64,000 bases of DNA from Geosiphon pyriformis uo1 (GCA_016748015.1 JAAOMT010000067.1:186001-250000); one strand, 5' to 3'; shown: positions 51,155 through 64,000, numbered from the stretch's first letter. Notes: generated from the letters alone by a model not told the origin. Program-made: numbers and translations.

Positions 51155-52722
51155 CCAGTTATCATGCTAAAGAAAAAAATTTGACGGAATTGTAATTCTG
51201 GAAGGCTACTGATAAAACAACTATTAAATCTCTGTCCATTATACAAAGAACTCCAACTCAAATCTTCAGATCATGAAAACCTTTAGAAACCAACATCATT
51301 ATAATTATTAAGTACCAAGTTACCAGTTTGTTATTTACTTTGAGATTCCAAATAATTATTTGTAACAATATTAAGACTGTTTTTTAGTTTGTGCATAGTT
51401 TCTTGAATGTAAAATTAGTATTAAAAAACAATATAAAGCTTTTTTGTATGAAGTTTGCTTCTCAAGTATGTTTGAAAACTGCATTTTTGGTTGAGCTTAT
51501 GAGCTTTGTTTATTTGGCCATTCTTAAAATTGCAAAGTCTCTGGTAGTTTCTAAGTCTGGTTCTTTTTTTGCTGCTGTTGTACTGCATAATATATCTTTG
51601 GATGTGTTTGCTGCTAATATTAAAGCAGCTCTTAATGTGTTTGGTAGTATCACTTATATTGTGCTAAAGTCTGTTGGTGTTTGATAGTATATAGTTGTTT
51701 ATTTTAATAAGTTAAACTCTGCTATGTCCACTTTGAATTATTGGTCAGTTTTGGTGGACAAAAATAGTATTAAAATCCTCTCTTTAATGAATTAAAATGA
51801 GACTATTCTGTTTTATAATAGGTTTAAAGCCAAGTTGATTAATCTTTTTTCTGGCTGCATAGCTTTTGAAATTAATGATATGATTTTTCAAGTTGATAGT
51901 CAGACATGTTTTATTCTTTATTCTCTTGAGTCTGGTTGTTATTTCCAGTTTGCTTTGGTTATATTTGGTTTCTAAGCTGATTTAGATTCTGCTGTTGTCA
52001 AAACTAGTATGTTAAGGAAGTGTCATATTTAATAAGAAATCTCTGGTTGTTAGCATTGTTTTAAGTGTTAAGAGTTAAACCATCTGACTGTGGACTGTAA
52101 AGTTTCTTTACTTTTTTTTTCCAAGTCTCTCAAGATGTTTACATTATGCTTTGTTGGCTTTAAGTTTTATGTCAAAACTTCTGTTTTTTTAAGCTCTTCT
52201 GGATTTCTATTTCTGTTATCTCTTGTTTTTTTTTTAGTTGTTGTTGGTAATTTTTTGGTGCTGTCTCAATTGTTTTTTGGAATCTGATTTAACTAAGCTT
52301 TCTGTTTTGATTGAGTCTATTATTAAGCCTATTGGCTCTTTGGTTACAATTTTTAAACAGTTTATTAATGAAAATTTGGTTTTAAGTAGTGCTCTTAGTC
52401 TTAAAATCAATAAAGTTTTGGTGCATATAGGTTTTTTTAGTAAGACTGTTAATAAGTTGAAAAAAAATGTGGTTTCTTTAAAAAAAAGTGCTGCATAAAA
52501 GATATTAATATGTCTGGTAATTTGGAGCATCTAATTGGCATGGATAATAATATATTTTCTAATTTGATGTTTTTTTGAACTTATGAACCTGTTTATATCA
52601 AAACTGATTCCTTAAAAATGACTAAATAACTGGTTAGATTGGTTCTTAATAGTGTTATTTTGTTTAGTATTGTTTAAAAAATATCATTTTTGGATAAGTT
52701 TTCTTCTGTTATATTAACATAG

Positions 52723-52840
52723 TATAGTCTAAACTGGTTTAAGTAACTGGTTACATGTAGAAAACATGTGAACTATACTTAGCCCTAAAACACTTATTTT
52801 GTTTCTAATTTCTAATTAGTGATTGGATTTTGCTTGTTGA
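52723..52840 (+). ncRNA. Structured 3' UTR element, ORF1-only element copy (divergent, covarying)
   Basis: ACATGT-AGAAA-ACATGT hairpin, AAACA/TGTTT inner hairpin, GTCTA/TGGAT closing stem. Confidence 0.5.
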
Positions 52841-53213
52841 ATTTTAATAAAAAAAAACAATATTAAGTTTTTTTATATAAAATTTGTATTTTAGATTTTT
52901 TTTAAATAATAAAATTAAACTTATTAATTTTTTTTTATTGTTTTTAAAATTATTATTATAATTCTGATTTTTATAATATTAAAAATGATTTTGAAAATTT
53001 TTTATGTTAATTTGTAAAAAATTTAAAAATTTTAAGTTAATTTGATATTTACAATTATTGTTAAATAAAAAACAGTATATTAATAATATTATAAAAAAAC
53101 TTTTTTTTTTATGTCCAAATTCTCCAAAAAAGCAATTTTTTCAAAAAAGAAGTTTTTGTTTTTATCTTCCTGCTTATATTTTTTTCAATATTTCTTAAGC
53201 TAATAATTCTTTT

Positions 53214-55023
53214 ATGATAAATATGAAGACTGCTACAAATAGCAATATGTCAAAAAAAAAGACTTTTAAGAGTGTTTTTAATGATTTTGTTAATAGTATT
53301 TTTTTTCAAAAAAAGAGAGTTTTTGTTAATAATATTAAGTATTTTGGAGATAAAAAGAAAATTTCTTTGGTTAAATCTGGTATTAATAATGTTACAATAG
53401 GTTTGAGTGGTGGTTTTTTTCTCAGTTTGGCTGCAATAATTCTTAAAGCTAAGAAGTTTAATACAAGTTTAAATAATGGCTTTTCTATTGGTATAATTGA
53501 CTTTAGAATAAATGAGATAAAAAATTTTTTTAATATTTCTCTTAACAAAAAATAGGTTGATCTAAAGATCATCAAAACTTAAATTAAAGTGCTTATTAAA
53601 AAATTTTTTGCTCTTGATATTAATCTCTCTGCAGTAAAAAAAAATTAGTTACAGCAAAAACTTAAATAATTAAGAAATTTTTTTTAGCAATCAATGATTT
53701 TGGAAAGATTACTACTTCCTCAAAATTTAAAAAAAATCATCAGATCAACATTTACATTAAAAAAAAGCATGAAAAAAACTGCTTTACTGGTCAAAAAAAA
53801 ATGTATTATTGTAAACAAAGATCTTAAAAAACAAGAAATATGTTCAGATCAAGCTGTGGTAATCAAAAAAATTCTTATAAATATGCTAAAAAAAATAATT
53901 GTCACTATAATTGCTGAGTATAGTCAAATTGTGTTAATCAAATTTCAACTAATTAAGATATAGCAAAAAGCTGTGGTAAAGTTTACTGAATTAGAACAAA
54001 CAGATCAACTGACAGCAAAATGGTCATTTTTAATTAGAAAAAATTTAATACACATAACCAAAGCTATGAAAAATTGTAATATCTGAACATTAAAAGATTG
54101 GTTCAAGACACTTTTGTTTACCTTATTGGTAAGAACAACTGCACATAATTTTAAAAAAAACTGGTAAAAAAATTTGCATTATTAATTACTTATTTGAAAT
54201 TGACAATTGGGTTTGCTGTGCTGTAGTTGGTTTTGAATCAAATGAGAAGCTGGAGTCTATTTTTTGCACAAAGCCAATTTTTGGTGATGTAAAACTCTTA
54301 TGGACTAAAATAGATTTGATTTGGTGTGAAAAGTATGAAAAGTTCAGACATTTTGCTTTAAAGTATAATATGACAGATGCATCTATTTTTAAGTCTTTAA
54401 AACTATTTAAAAAAATAGTTTCAAATATAGATTATTTTCAGCTGGCCAAGTTGTATACAAAGAAAAATGTTCCTATTTTTTATTCTGCTACTTTTGATGA
54501 CAAATCTTGGATCCAAGTGGTTTTACTTACTATATTTTCTAAAGATACTTGTTTTGGTCTTGGTTCTGGTTTCCTTTTTTTTGGTATATCATACAGTATA
54601 AAAAGTTTATCTGTTGCTTAGATTTATTTATTTATTGGTGCTTACTTGGTCTTCTTGAAATGTTCTTTGAAGCTGTTAGTTAATCAAGTATTTAACATTG
54701 TATAAAAATTAAGCAATATGAATTTGGTGTCTCTGGTGTCTGTTTTTCAACTTCTGTCTTTTTTAGTGTCTGTTTTTTTAGAGTCAAACTTAGATTTAAA
54801 TATGGTTCTGAATAACCTATTTATGTTATCTGTTCTTCTTTCTTCAGTTGCAAATAATATGGTTTTAGTTTTAGGTATAAGTAAATCTAAGGTTCTTATT
54901 ACTAAAGTGAATAAACTGAAATCTAAAATAGTGGCTTTCAAAGTTTTTATTAGTACAGTTTTGGCAAGATTAAATCAATTGTGTATTAGCTTAGGTTTTT
55001 TGGTGTTTTTTTTATCTCAATAA
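53214..55023 (+). pseudogene. LINE-d ORF1
   Basis: IIRSTFT, DQAVVIKKI, QLAKLYTKKNVPI, ends ...LSQ*. Confidence 0.7.
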
Positions 55024-55279
55024 GTAATTTGGTATGAAAATTTGTTATATGCAATATTTGAGGTATTAATGTTTTTGCCAAGCAAAAAAATATTGTTTAT
55101 TGACATATAAAATCAGGAAATATGGTTTTTTTTGTGACTGAAATAAAACTAAGATCTAATATTAAGCTATAAATTGCTAATAAATATAATAGAATATGGG
55201 TTTTTACATCTGGTTTGAAAAAAAGTTTTTTTAATACTAATATGATTATTATTATAGACAATTCCTCAGCTTAACATGT

Positions 55280-56220
55280 TGTTATGGGTAAACTTGGTGG
55301 AGTATGGTGATAACATTTAGTGCTCTAATTTAGTATTCTATGATTGTATGTTTTTCACAGAGTTAATGTTTATTAGTCTCTAAAGGTCTTTTCTGGATGA
55401 AAATTTACCTGTTGAGTTCTTTGGATATAAGGCACAGAGTTTTGGTTTTTGCTGATTGCAACTTTTTATAATGGTGAGCTTTTTTTTCTAAGCTAACAAG
55501 CACAGTTGTTAGAGTCCAGCATTGTTTTTTTGCCTTTCTGGTAAGCTATTAAGATAATGTTAATATCCAAAAACCTAAGGAGAGCTTCTCTCTTTTACCA
55601 GGCTATCATAAAGTCTATTTTCAGACAGTCAATTTTTTTATGTTGCTGCTTCACAAAAGAAAAATAAAAAAAATAAAAAAAAATAAAAAAAAATAAAAAA
55701 AATAAAGAAAATAAAATAAGAAATAAGTGTTCTGTCAATAGCTGTGATCAAGAGCTATTGTGCCAGCAGATTAAATAATGGATAATAACATAGATTTAAA
55801 GAATTGAAGAGATATTTTATTAATATAATTCTATTTCAGTTAATAGTAACTATTCTTAAAAAGAAGAGTATTTAATAATTATGGCCTGTGAGTCTAATTG
55901 ACTTTGAGAGTTTAATTAACTCCTAAAAGTCTAATTTTTTTTCTAGATGTCTTTTTAACTTCTACAGCTACTTGCTTTTATACATTTTTTTGGTTTTACA
56001 GAATTGCTTTCAATTGCTTCACTATTACTAGCTATTGCTCATTATTGCTAACTATTGCTTATTATTGCTAGCTATTGCTTGTTATTACTAGTTATTGCTT
56101 GTTATTGCTAGCTATTGCTCATGTTTGTCTTGTGTTACCTTAAGTTGTATCATATTTTTCTTGTCATGTTTCTTTGTCACATTTTTCTCATGACTTTTTG
56201 GTTTTTCTACTTGGGTAACA
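55280..56220 (-). repeat. Solo LTR, D-type
   Basis: TGTTATGG...GGTAACA; perfect TSD ATGT (55276-55279 / 56221-56224); ~20-bp ATTGCTTGTTATTGCTAGCT repeats. Confidence 0.85.
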
Positions 56221-59200
56221 ATGTTTTAAAGATTAAGGAAGTTCCTAATTGCATTATTTTAGTGTGGCTTCTTTTTAAAGGCAAGCTTTCAGTTATGGTT
56301 TTAGGTTTATATGCTGGTGCTTCCACTGAGACTAAGTTTGGTTAGGCTTTAAAGGTCAATTTTTTCATTGTTAATACTGTTAACTCTAGTACTTTTATAG
56401 TCTTAAGTAAAAATTTTAACAAAAATAGGTCTAAAAAAAGTACAAGTTTTAAATTTTGTTTGGATTTAGATTTGATTAACTTATTTAGTGGATATTTTTT
56501 AGTCAAAACATCAACTTAAAGCAATTAAAGAGATATTAAGAAAGTTATAGATTATATTTTTGTGAGTAAAAGCTTATTGTTTACAATTGTTAATTATAAT
56601 GTCAACTCTGTATTCATATTCTTTAACATTAATTACAAGGCTGTTTTGGTATTAATTAATTTGGGTGGTCTTTTGGATGTTTGTTTAAACAGTGTGTGCA
56701 AACAAACTAATAGAAATTGTTGGAAGTTCAAAATCAAAAATATAGATAATGCCAAGTAAATACATTTTAAAAATTGTTTTTTTACCAAACTTTTGGCAGT
56801 AAACAATAAGTTTTCAGATGTTAAAGTTAGTAATAATTTGGATGCTATGTAAAAACTGCTAAAAAAAACAATAGTAAAGTTAACTAATACAATATTTTCT
56901 AGACTTTGGTTCAGTAAGTTTTAGTGTTCAAAAAACAGGCTGTTTTCTAAGTTTTATGGTTTAGAATTGCTTATTGCTAAGATAGTTAGAAGATTGAACT
57001 TGAATAATATGCTTAAATTTGTTTATTTTGTTAAGAAATAGTCAATTTTGAATAATAATAAAACTCTCAAGATTGTGAACATAATTCAAGATAGTGTAAA
57101 ATTGCCTAACATTATCAAACATTTGTCAGTAGTTTAAAAAAAGTACAGAAAGTCTAAAATATATAAGTCAAGATTGACTAAAAAAACATCTATTAAGAAG
57201 ACTATTGAGAAGCACATAAAAATTTCAGTTCTAATAAAAGAGGTATAATTAGAAGTATTTTGGATCAGCTATTTTGCAAAGTAGTACTGTATTACTTGGT
57301 AGTGAATAGTAAATTGGTTCTTGAACTAAAAAAAATAAAGCTCAATATTAATAAGATTATAGAAGACTAAACAAAAAAGCAAGCTATGCTTCTAATGATA
57401 TCTGATTTTTGGGCTTGTCAATATGTACTATTGAATTATGTGAATAATGATATTTTTGCTGATGTGATAAAAAAAATCAGTATGAGTAAATTGCTTTTGG
57501 TAATTAACAGTCTGCCTAATAATAAAGCTGCTGGTTTGTTTAGCATTCCTAATAAACTTTGGAAACATAGTAGTAATAAAGTGGTGGTGTGTCTTTTGGA
57601 ATTGTTAAATACATGTATATCCTTTGGTAATATTTTTGTTTTGCAGAGAAAAGCATGGGTCTTAATAATTTCTAAACCTTATAATTGAGATGGAGTTTTG
57701 ACAAAAATTTAACTTATTGCTTTGATTAAAACTACAAAAAATATTTTTTTCAAAGTTCTATTTTATTGGATTTTATTTACATATAACAAGTTTGGTGTTT
57801 TTTAGAATAATAATTTTTCAGTTTTAAAAAGTACATCTATTTAGTCTTCTGTGTTTGTTATTGAATTAGTGATTAAAAATGTTTTAGAAAAAAATAGGAA
57901 GTTTTGGTTGGTTCTATAGGATGTACACAAAGCATATGACTCAATTGGTTGGCATTATTTAAAAGCTAGCTTGGGGTAAATCAAAATATATAATAGGTTT
58001 ATTAGATTTTTTGGCAACATAAATGAAAATAGAATCAATAGAATAATAACAGATTTTGGTCTATCAGGTGACTATAAAATACATAATAAATTAGATTAGA
58101 GTGAAGTTTTCTTACCTCTTCTTTGGAAAATTTTTTATGATTTATTTTTGTGTGAAGTTAAATGGCATAAACATTAGTATAGATACTAGATCAATTCTAA
58201 TTTTGTAGTAAAAACTAGTAAAATTGAGAATAATGATAAGATGTTATCTTTTTTTTTAGCTGATATATTTGTTGATAACACAATTTGGATTAAGAATAGT
58301 TAGACTTCTATATAGTATGTTTTGAATATTGCCAGTAAATTTTTTATAATCAATAATATTTTAATCAACAATAAGAAAACAATGGCTATTCTTATCAACT
58401 AAGATGTCAAAATTGTTTTTTTAAAAATTAGTAATCTGTCAATTTTGATTGCCAAAAAAAGCAGAGTATATTAATATCTGAATATTTTTTTGTTAACTAA
58501 TAAGTTATCTATTCAGATGTTTGTTTCTTTGTTAATACAGTGCTTAAAAAAACTGTTATAAACAAGCAGTTTTCTTATTTAGTTTTGGCTGTATTGTAGT
58601 TTATAGTTAGTTATAGAACTTAGTTTAGTTTTATTTTATCAAATGTGTACTACAAGTGAGATATTATGATTAGAAAGGATCTTAAGTCTAAGACTAGTTT
58701 GCCATATAATTTTCTTAATGAGACTTTATATCATCTTTTTTTGTATAATTTAAAGCTATTTAAGCAAATGCAGTCTGAAAAAAATTGCCTGCTTTGGTTA
58801 TCTTTTCTAATGCTTTGGATATTTTTAACTGTTTATTTAATTACAGATTCTTAAATCTGCAAATTTTGGGTTGAGCTCCTTTAAATTCTTTGCAGTTTTT
58901 TATTAAGTTATGTGTTAGTCTAATAAACAATTTTTTGGCTGGAATAATAAAAATCTTTTTAAACAATAAGTTGTCTTTAATAAACAATCTGTTTAATATA
59001 TTTCATAGTCCTGATGAGTTTTTAATATCAATAATTTTGGGAAAGTCTTTGTATCTTGGTTTTGTTTGTTCTTTGAAGCAGTTTGAAGTTGCTTTTAACA
59101 ATAGACATGTTAATAAAAAAAATACTATAATAAACTGAAAGACTTTTTATTATTGGAAAAAATTAAATCTTAGGGATTTTGTGCCTTATTGATTTGAGCT

Positions 59201-59773
59201 TATATTAAATTTTTTGCATAATAAAAGTTTTCTGTTAATTAATACAGTTAAGACTAATTGGTTGTTGGACTTGAATATTTTAGAATCTAAAGAGTTGTTT
59301 AATATACAGTATGGTTTGCATAAGATTTGGTCAGATTCAATTGATGTTTATACAAATGATTTTTTAAAGGATATTGGTTTTCCCAATATTGCTAGTGAGG
59401 TGTCTGTGTATTTTCTAGCTGTAAATATGGATATTGGAATTAGTATACGTGAGCTTCTGTTTTGTACTATGGCTGAGTTACAAACTGTTGCTTTATTTTT
59501 GAAATGTGTTTTGTTTTTCTGTACAATTGCTTTACATCTTAACAGCCAAGTTACTATTAATATGTGTGTTTTTGAGTTAATATTTACTACACTAGACTTT
59601 TGTAATTTATGCTAAATAGAAAAAAGACATATTGTTAATTTAATTAAAGATAAAGATCTTACTATGAGTTGGATGAAGATTAAAAATTATTTGGAGATCT
59701 ATGACAATATAAAAACTAATGTGATGGTTGGCAAGACTGCTTATTTTCTTTTTTTTTACCATTAGGAGTATGA

Positions 59774-60635
59774 TATTATAGGTAATTATTTGGAGTATTG
59801 GTACAAATAACAAACCCATAACTTGGTGCTTAATAGTTGATATGATTGATAATTTCTAAAGGTTTTTATAATCTAAAAGTTTTGGTAAAGTCTTTTGTAT
59901 AATAAACAGAGATTCAATGGTTGTTTTAGTAGTCTTTCAGAATAGTTATTTTATCAAATTTCTTTCTTCAGCATGGTGGCCAGTTTATTCTGGCAGCTGT
60001 GCTCTTCTGATAAGCTATTCTCAATTTTTGAGTTCTCTACTTTTATTTCTAGATCTTTTACCAGACTATTTTTGATGTCAAAATACTTAATACTTAATCT
60101 TTTTAATCAATTTAATAAACAGCAAAGAAACAAAACAAAAAAAATAAAAGAAATTAGTATTCTGTTAATAGCCATGATCAAAAGCTATTGTTTTAATGTA
60201 ATTAAGTATTAAATATTATTAACATAAAGTGTTAATAATAGCAAAATAGTCAGAATTTTTAATCAAATGATAATAACATGGATTAGATATTTTGATGAAT
60301 TCACTTTGGTTAATAGTAACTATTTAAGAAATATAAATTAATAAATAGATAGAAAAAAAGATGCTAAAATTTAAACTAAAATTGAAATGGAATTGAATAT
60401 TTTTCTTGCTTTTAATGCTACTGCTATATATATAATTTGTATTATACAAAATTTTTGAAATCTTGCAATTTCTTTAAAGAAATTCTGAAATTCTGAGATT
60501 CTAGAATCCTGTAATTTTTTATAAAGAATCTTGAAATTCTAAGATTTTGAAATTCTGCAATTCCTCTGTTACTACACCTATTTTTGATTGGCTATTTTTT
60601 TAACTATATAATACTCTTACTTTTTATCAGTAACA
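59774..60635 (-). repeat. Solo LTR, A-type
   Basis: TATTATAG...AGTAACA; TSD ATGA (59770-59773) / ATAA (60636-60639); homologous to 1961-2849. Confidence 0.8.
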
Positions 60636-60961
60636 ATAAAAACATTTTTTGGTGGCTGAGAGCACAGCTGTATCTGACAATACTCATTATTTTGTTTATA
60701 ATTTATATGGTTCTATTTGTTATGTTTATTAAGAAACTGGCTTTAGCTATAATGTAATTTCAAGTGCACTAATCAAAAAAGTAAATTGGATAACTACTGT
60801 AAAGGTATGGCATTCTGATTTGTACATGCTTTCTGAGTTTATTAGTAGAAAGTTAGCAAATCTGCACATGTATTTAATAAAAGCTGTATATAGATAATTG
60901 TCAGTAATAGTCAAAAAAAAATTGTATAATAAAAAATATTTTGATGTACTGTGTTTGCTGT

Positions 60962-61962
60962 TGTTATGGGATGGTTTTCTTGTTATATTTAATTGCTAAT
61001 ATCCCGCTTTAATTGCAATCAGTCTTTCGTGAGTTCCTCAATTCTATTTGTGTGATAATGTCACTGTTACACTGAAGGCTTTCTTTTTACTGTTGTGATG
61101 TAAGTTATTCTTTAATTTTTGATTGTTGTGTGTGTTTATGTACTCCTTCTCAGAGGCTGAACTGAAATCTACCCACTGTCTGGGGTCTTCTCTGAGGCTA
61201 TCTTTGCAATTGCCTGANNNNNNNNNNNNNNNNNNNNNNNNNNNNNNNNNNNNNNNNNNNNNNNNNNNNNNNNNNNNNNNNNNNNNNNNNNNNNNNNNNN
61301 NNNNNNNNNNNNNNNNNNNNNNNNNNNNNNNNNNNNNNNNNNNNNNNNNNNNNNNNNNNNNNNNNNNNNNNNNNNNNNNNNNNNNNNNNNNNNNNNNNNN
61401 NNNNNNNNNNNNNNNNNNNNNNNNNNNNNNNNNNNNNNNNNNNNGAATAATCTTGATCAAGGATTATTCTTCCAAGAGATTCAGTTGATGAATGATAGTT
61501 TCATTCAATAAATAATACAAGTAAGTTTCTTAATACTTTGGGTTGTGATAGTTCAGTTTTAAATATTCTTTTTCATTTCTTTTTGATTTTAAAGGTTTCT
61601 TGGGATATTTAATTTGAAAGTATGATTTAAAGTGGAGTTTGTTGGATAAAATTGGATTTATTGCTTGATAAGTTATGATTTTTATTACTTGATTTATTCT
61701 TTCCCAATATTAAAACTACTGTATATATACATGTTTGTAGTTCTACGAGAAAATACTTTCTTTTTGATATTTCAACCTGGTGTTTGCTGCTATCACCAGT
61801 TGGTGTTGGCTGCTATTGTGAACTGGTGCTTGCCACTATCGCGAGATGGTGTTTGCTACTATGTTAATCATTACCTTTCTAAGATTATTACTGTGCTATA
61901 TTATGATTGAATAGTTTGTATTATTTTTATGATTCTTTTTGCTAAATTCTTAAACCGTAACA
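60962..61962 (-). repeat. LTR of a further family (E): solo LTR, or a longer element collapsed in the assembly gap
   Basis: TGTTATGG...CCGTAACA; perfect TSD CTGT (60958-60961 / 61963-61966); 23-bp repeats 61778-61863; orientation inferred from repeat/TATA position. Confidence 0.7.
61218..61444. other. Assembly gap (N run)
   Basis: Run of N bases. Confidence 1.
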
Positions 61963-62486
61963 CTGTGTAATAAAGTGAAATTGTTTGACTATATGCTTAT
62001 CTGTATTTAAAATATTAATATTTGGAATAAAATTTTGGCTGAAGCTTTTACACAATAGATTGCTTTGACAGATATTCATAATCTGTTTTTTTTGTCATTT
62101 TGCATACACTCTTTAGATATTGGCTTGTATGTATTGGTTTGTAAGAGATTTGTGATAAGAGATTAGTATTTGAAAGCTGTTAAAATTTTTAATAGAAGAA
62201 AGAAAACTGTTTTTACTATTATAGAATATGTGAGGCATTTGGTAGATTTGTACTGTACTAAGAGATAACTAATAAAATTCAGTTACAGAATAAATATAGA
62301 GAAGACTAAATTGGTTGCAAATAGTGATTTAATATTGAAATTGTTTTGTAGTATAATGTCTATGCTTTTAATAGGGTAGTTTAATTGTTTAGTATTATTG
62401 AGTCTTTTGCAATTAGTTTTAGTAGATATAAATAGTGTTTTTTTTTTGGCTTAGGTAGTAATATATATATTAATATAAATATATAG

Positions 62487-62605
62487 TATTGTCTTGTTTA
62501 ACCTAAATGACTAGTTACAGATAGTAAAAGCATGAATTATATTTAATTTGAGCCACTTAATTTGGTTCTATATACTAGACAGTAGTTGGACTTTACTTAT
62601 TAAAT
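62487..62605 (+). ncRNA. Structured 3' UTR element, LINE-d copy
   Basis: GAGCCA-CTTAATT-TGGTTC inner hairpin, GGAC, same layout. Confidence 0.5.
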
Positions 62606-62737
62606 TGCTAATTAAAAAAAAAACAATATTATTGAAAAAATTATTTATTAAATAAATTAAAATAATAAATAATAAAATAATTTTTAAAAATATTTGTTGT
62701 TTATAAAAAACTTAATTAATTTAATGTATTTTGCTAA

Positions 62738-64000
62738 TTTTTTTTATTTTATTAATGCATTTAACAAATGAAGTCCAACCACTATCTAATACATAGAACC
62801 AAATTAAGTGGCTCAAACTAAACATGATTCACGTACTTTCTACATATGACTAACCACTTAGGCCAGACAAAACAACACTACACATCTATATTAACATAGG
62901 AACTACCATTCAGACCAAAAAAAAAAGACAAGACCTGTGATAACCAAAGCTAACAGCAAAAGATTCTAACACACCAAGAAATCTGATAACACAGATTTCA
63001 CACAACATGAAAAACTTGACAACACACCACTATCACCAACCAAACCAGCCTTCTCTATATGCATCCTAAACTCAAATTTTATCAACTATGCTTTAGAATG
63101 ATGCAGTTTAACCAGCCACCTAACCAAATCAATAACAAAGCTAACAGCTCTTTTTTTCTCGTCAAAGACCCCAACAGCCTCTTTACACCAATCTTTTAGC
63201 ACAAAACCCTTGCATATTACTGAATACAAGCCAACATTTAATTGACAAAGATCAAGCACACAAGAAACAGCAAAAGAAGATGAGCAATAAACACCAACCA
63301 AGGAAGTCCAGAATACAAAAGTCTCGAACAAAATCTCCCTTCAAATGTCAACATCCTAAGCACAAGTAAAGACATAATCTGGCAATTCCACCTTATTGCA
63401 CAACAAACAAAGCACACCAGAATATTCTTTATTATAAAACCTTTTATGGACAGCAACAGGCAGTCTATGATGTACAGCTTTTATCACATACATGTGCAAA
63501 GTGGCTGACTTTTAACTAGTAAACTCTGCAAGCATGTGTGAATTAGGGTGCCACACCCTTGAGATGACAACCCAATCCACATCACTGACTAACACCTTAA
63601 AAATCACATTGCAACCAAGACCCACTTCCCAAAAAGCCTAACAAACAGACCTGAACAAATTCTGAATGAAGTGATAAGTATTGCCAGATACAGCCATGCC
63701 CTCAGTCATCAAAAAATGTTCCTGCACACCCACAGGTAAAGAAACAAGAGAGTCTGCTGCTTCACTGGCCAGAGTATCAGCCTTCACATTACTGGCAACC
63801 CCAAAATGATCTTTGATCTTAATCTAATACACAGTAAAATCTTTATTCTAGACCAAATTGAAAATATGTCTCCTTTTTACTCAACAATAATTACAAAAGT
63901 CAGAAGAGGCAAGTAACATCTCAGAGACACATGCATTAATAGCAGCTTAACTGTCAAGATATAAATTCACATTACAAGAGAATGGAACACACTCCAAAGC
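62738..64000 (-). mobile_element. 3' part of LINE-e (RNase H, Zn finger, 3' element, A-rich tail); continues beyond window
   Basis: Minus-strand KDHFGVASNVKADTLA, VWHPNSHM, CLLC, ICKGFV; stop at 62878-62880 followed by the conserved 3' UTR. Confidence 0.85.
62760..62877 (-). ncRNA. Structured 3' UTR element, LINE-e copy
   Basis: Reverse complement TGTCTGGCCTAAGTGGTTAGTCATATGTAGAAAGTACGTG...GAGCCA..TGGTTC...GGACTTCATTTG. Confidence 0.55.

Larger units (their letters stand above)
40067..51367 (+). repeat. Solo LTR (A-type U3), split: 40067-40572 and 51159-51367
   Basis: TGTTATT...TGTAACA; TSD ATGT (40063-40066) / ATAT (51368-51371); halves join to a colinear LTR. Confidence 0.75.
39287..52860 (+). 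mobile_element. ORF1-only (half-LINE/HAL1-like) non-autonomous retroelement, split by LTR insertions (pieces 39287-40066 and 51372-52860)
   Basis: Frame ...FKIKLAY|(V/I)KTVF*FVHSF rejoins across TSD ATGT/ATAT; ORF1 motifs WSVLVDKNSIKI and CFKC*ELNHLTVDC (52057-52098); TAG at 52720 followed directly by the LINE 3' element and poly(A); no ORF2. Confidence 0.75.
55020..62486 (+). pseudogene. LINE-d ORF2 remnants (interrupted)
   Basis: Colinear APE/RT/RNase H/Zn-finger motifs across the insertions. Confidence 0.75.
53099..62622 (+). mobile_element. Older, heavily mutated full-length LINE-d interrupted by three LTR insertions
   Basis: 5' end similar to LINE-a (ATGTCCAAA..TCCAAA); ORF1 53214-55023; ORF2 remnants (LGLYAGAS, KAYDSIGW, FVDN, ELQTVAL, CLL|CNKV); 3' element and poly(A) 62487-62622. 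Confidence 0.85.

Noticed and set aside
61044-61488. ORFs spanning the N run
   Set aside because: Artefacts of the assembly gap
61778-61863. CRISPR-like arrays (also 473-590, 50340-50505, 56010-56120)
   Set aside because: Contiguous tandem units without unique spacers, inside LTRs, in a eukaryotic context with no cas genes

Overview
Eukaryotic, gene-free transposon landscape, probably fungal. From memory the proteins resemble Glomeromycotina (Geosiphon-like) repeat proteins; this was not verified by a search. No host gene was found. Contents: (i) five related but divergent non-LTR retrotransposons (ORF1 with RRM-like/CCHC/coiled-coil; ORF2 APE-RT-RNase H-Zn finger), four full-length and one running off the window; (ii) an ORF1-only non-autonomous partner (about 2.3 kb) ending in the same 3' tail; (iii) nested Ty3/Gypsy elements of several LTR types, some carrying a dUTPase between protease and RT and extra 3' ORFs, plus several solo LTRs with 4-bp TSDs; (iv) extremely AT-rich decayed spacers. 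All elements are eroded by C>T/G>A changes. Best candidate for an undescribed system: a LINE family plus its ORF1-only satellite. They share a covarying four-way-junction/pseudoknot RNA element directly after the last stop codon and a common ACTTYTT 5' start, and the four LINE junctions visible share an AUG-less ORF2 start (ATA overlapping the ORF1 TAA). Family labels A-E are my own. Coordinates were read by eye and may be off by a few bases.
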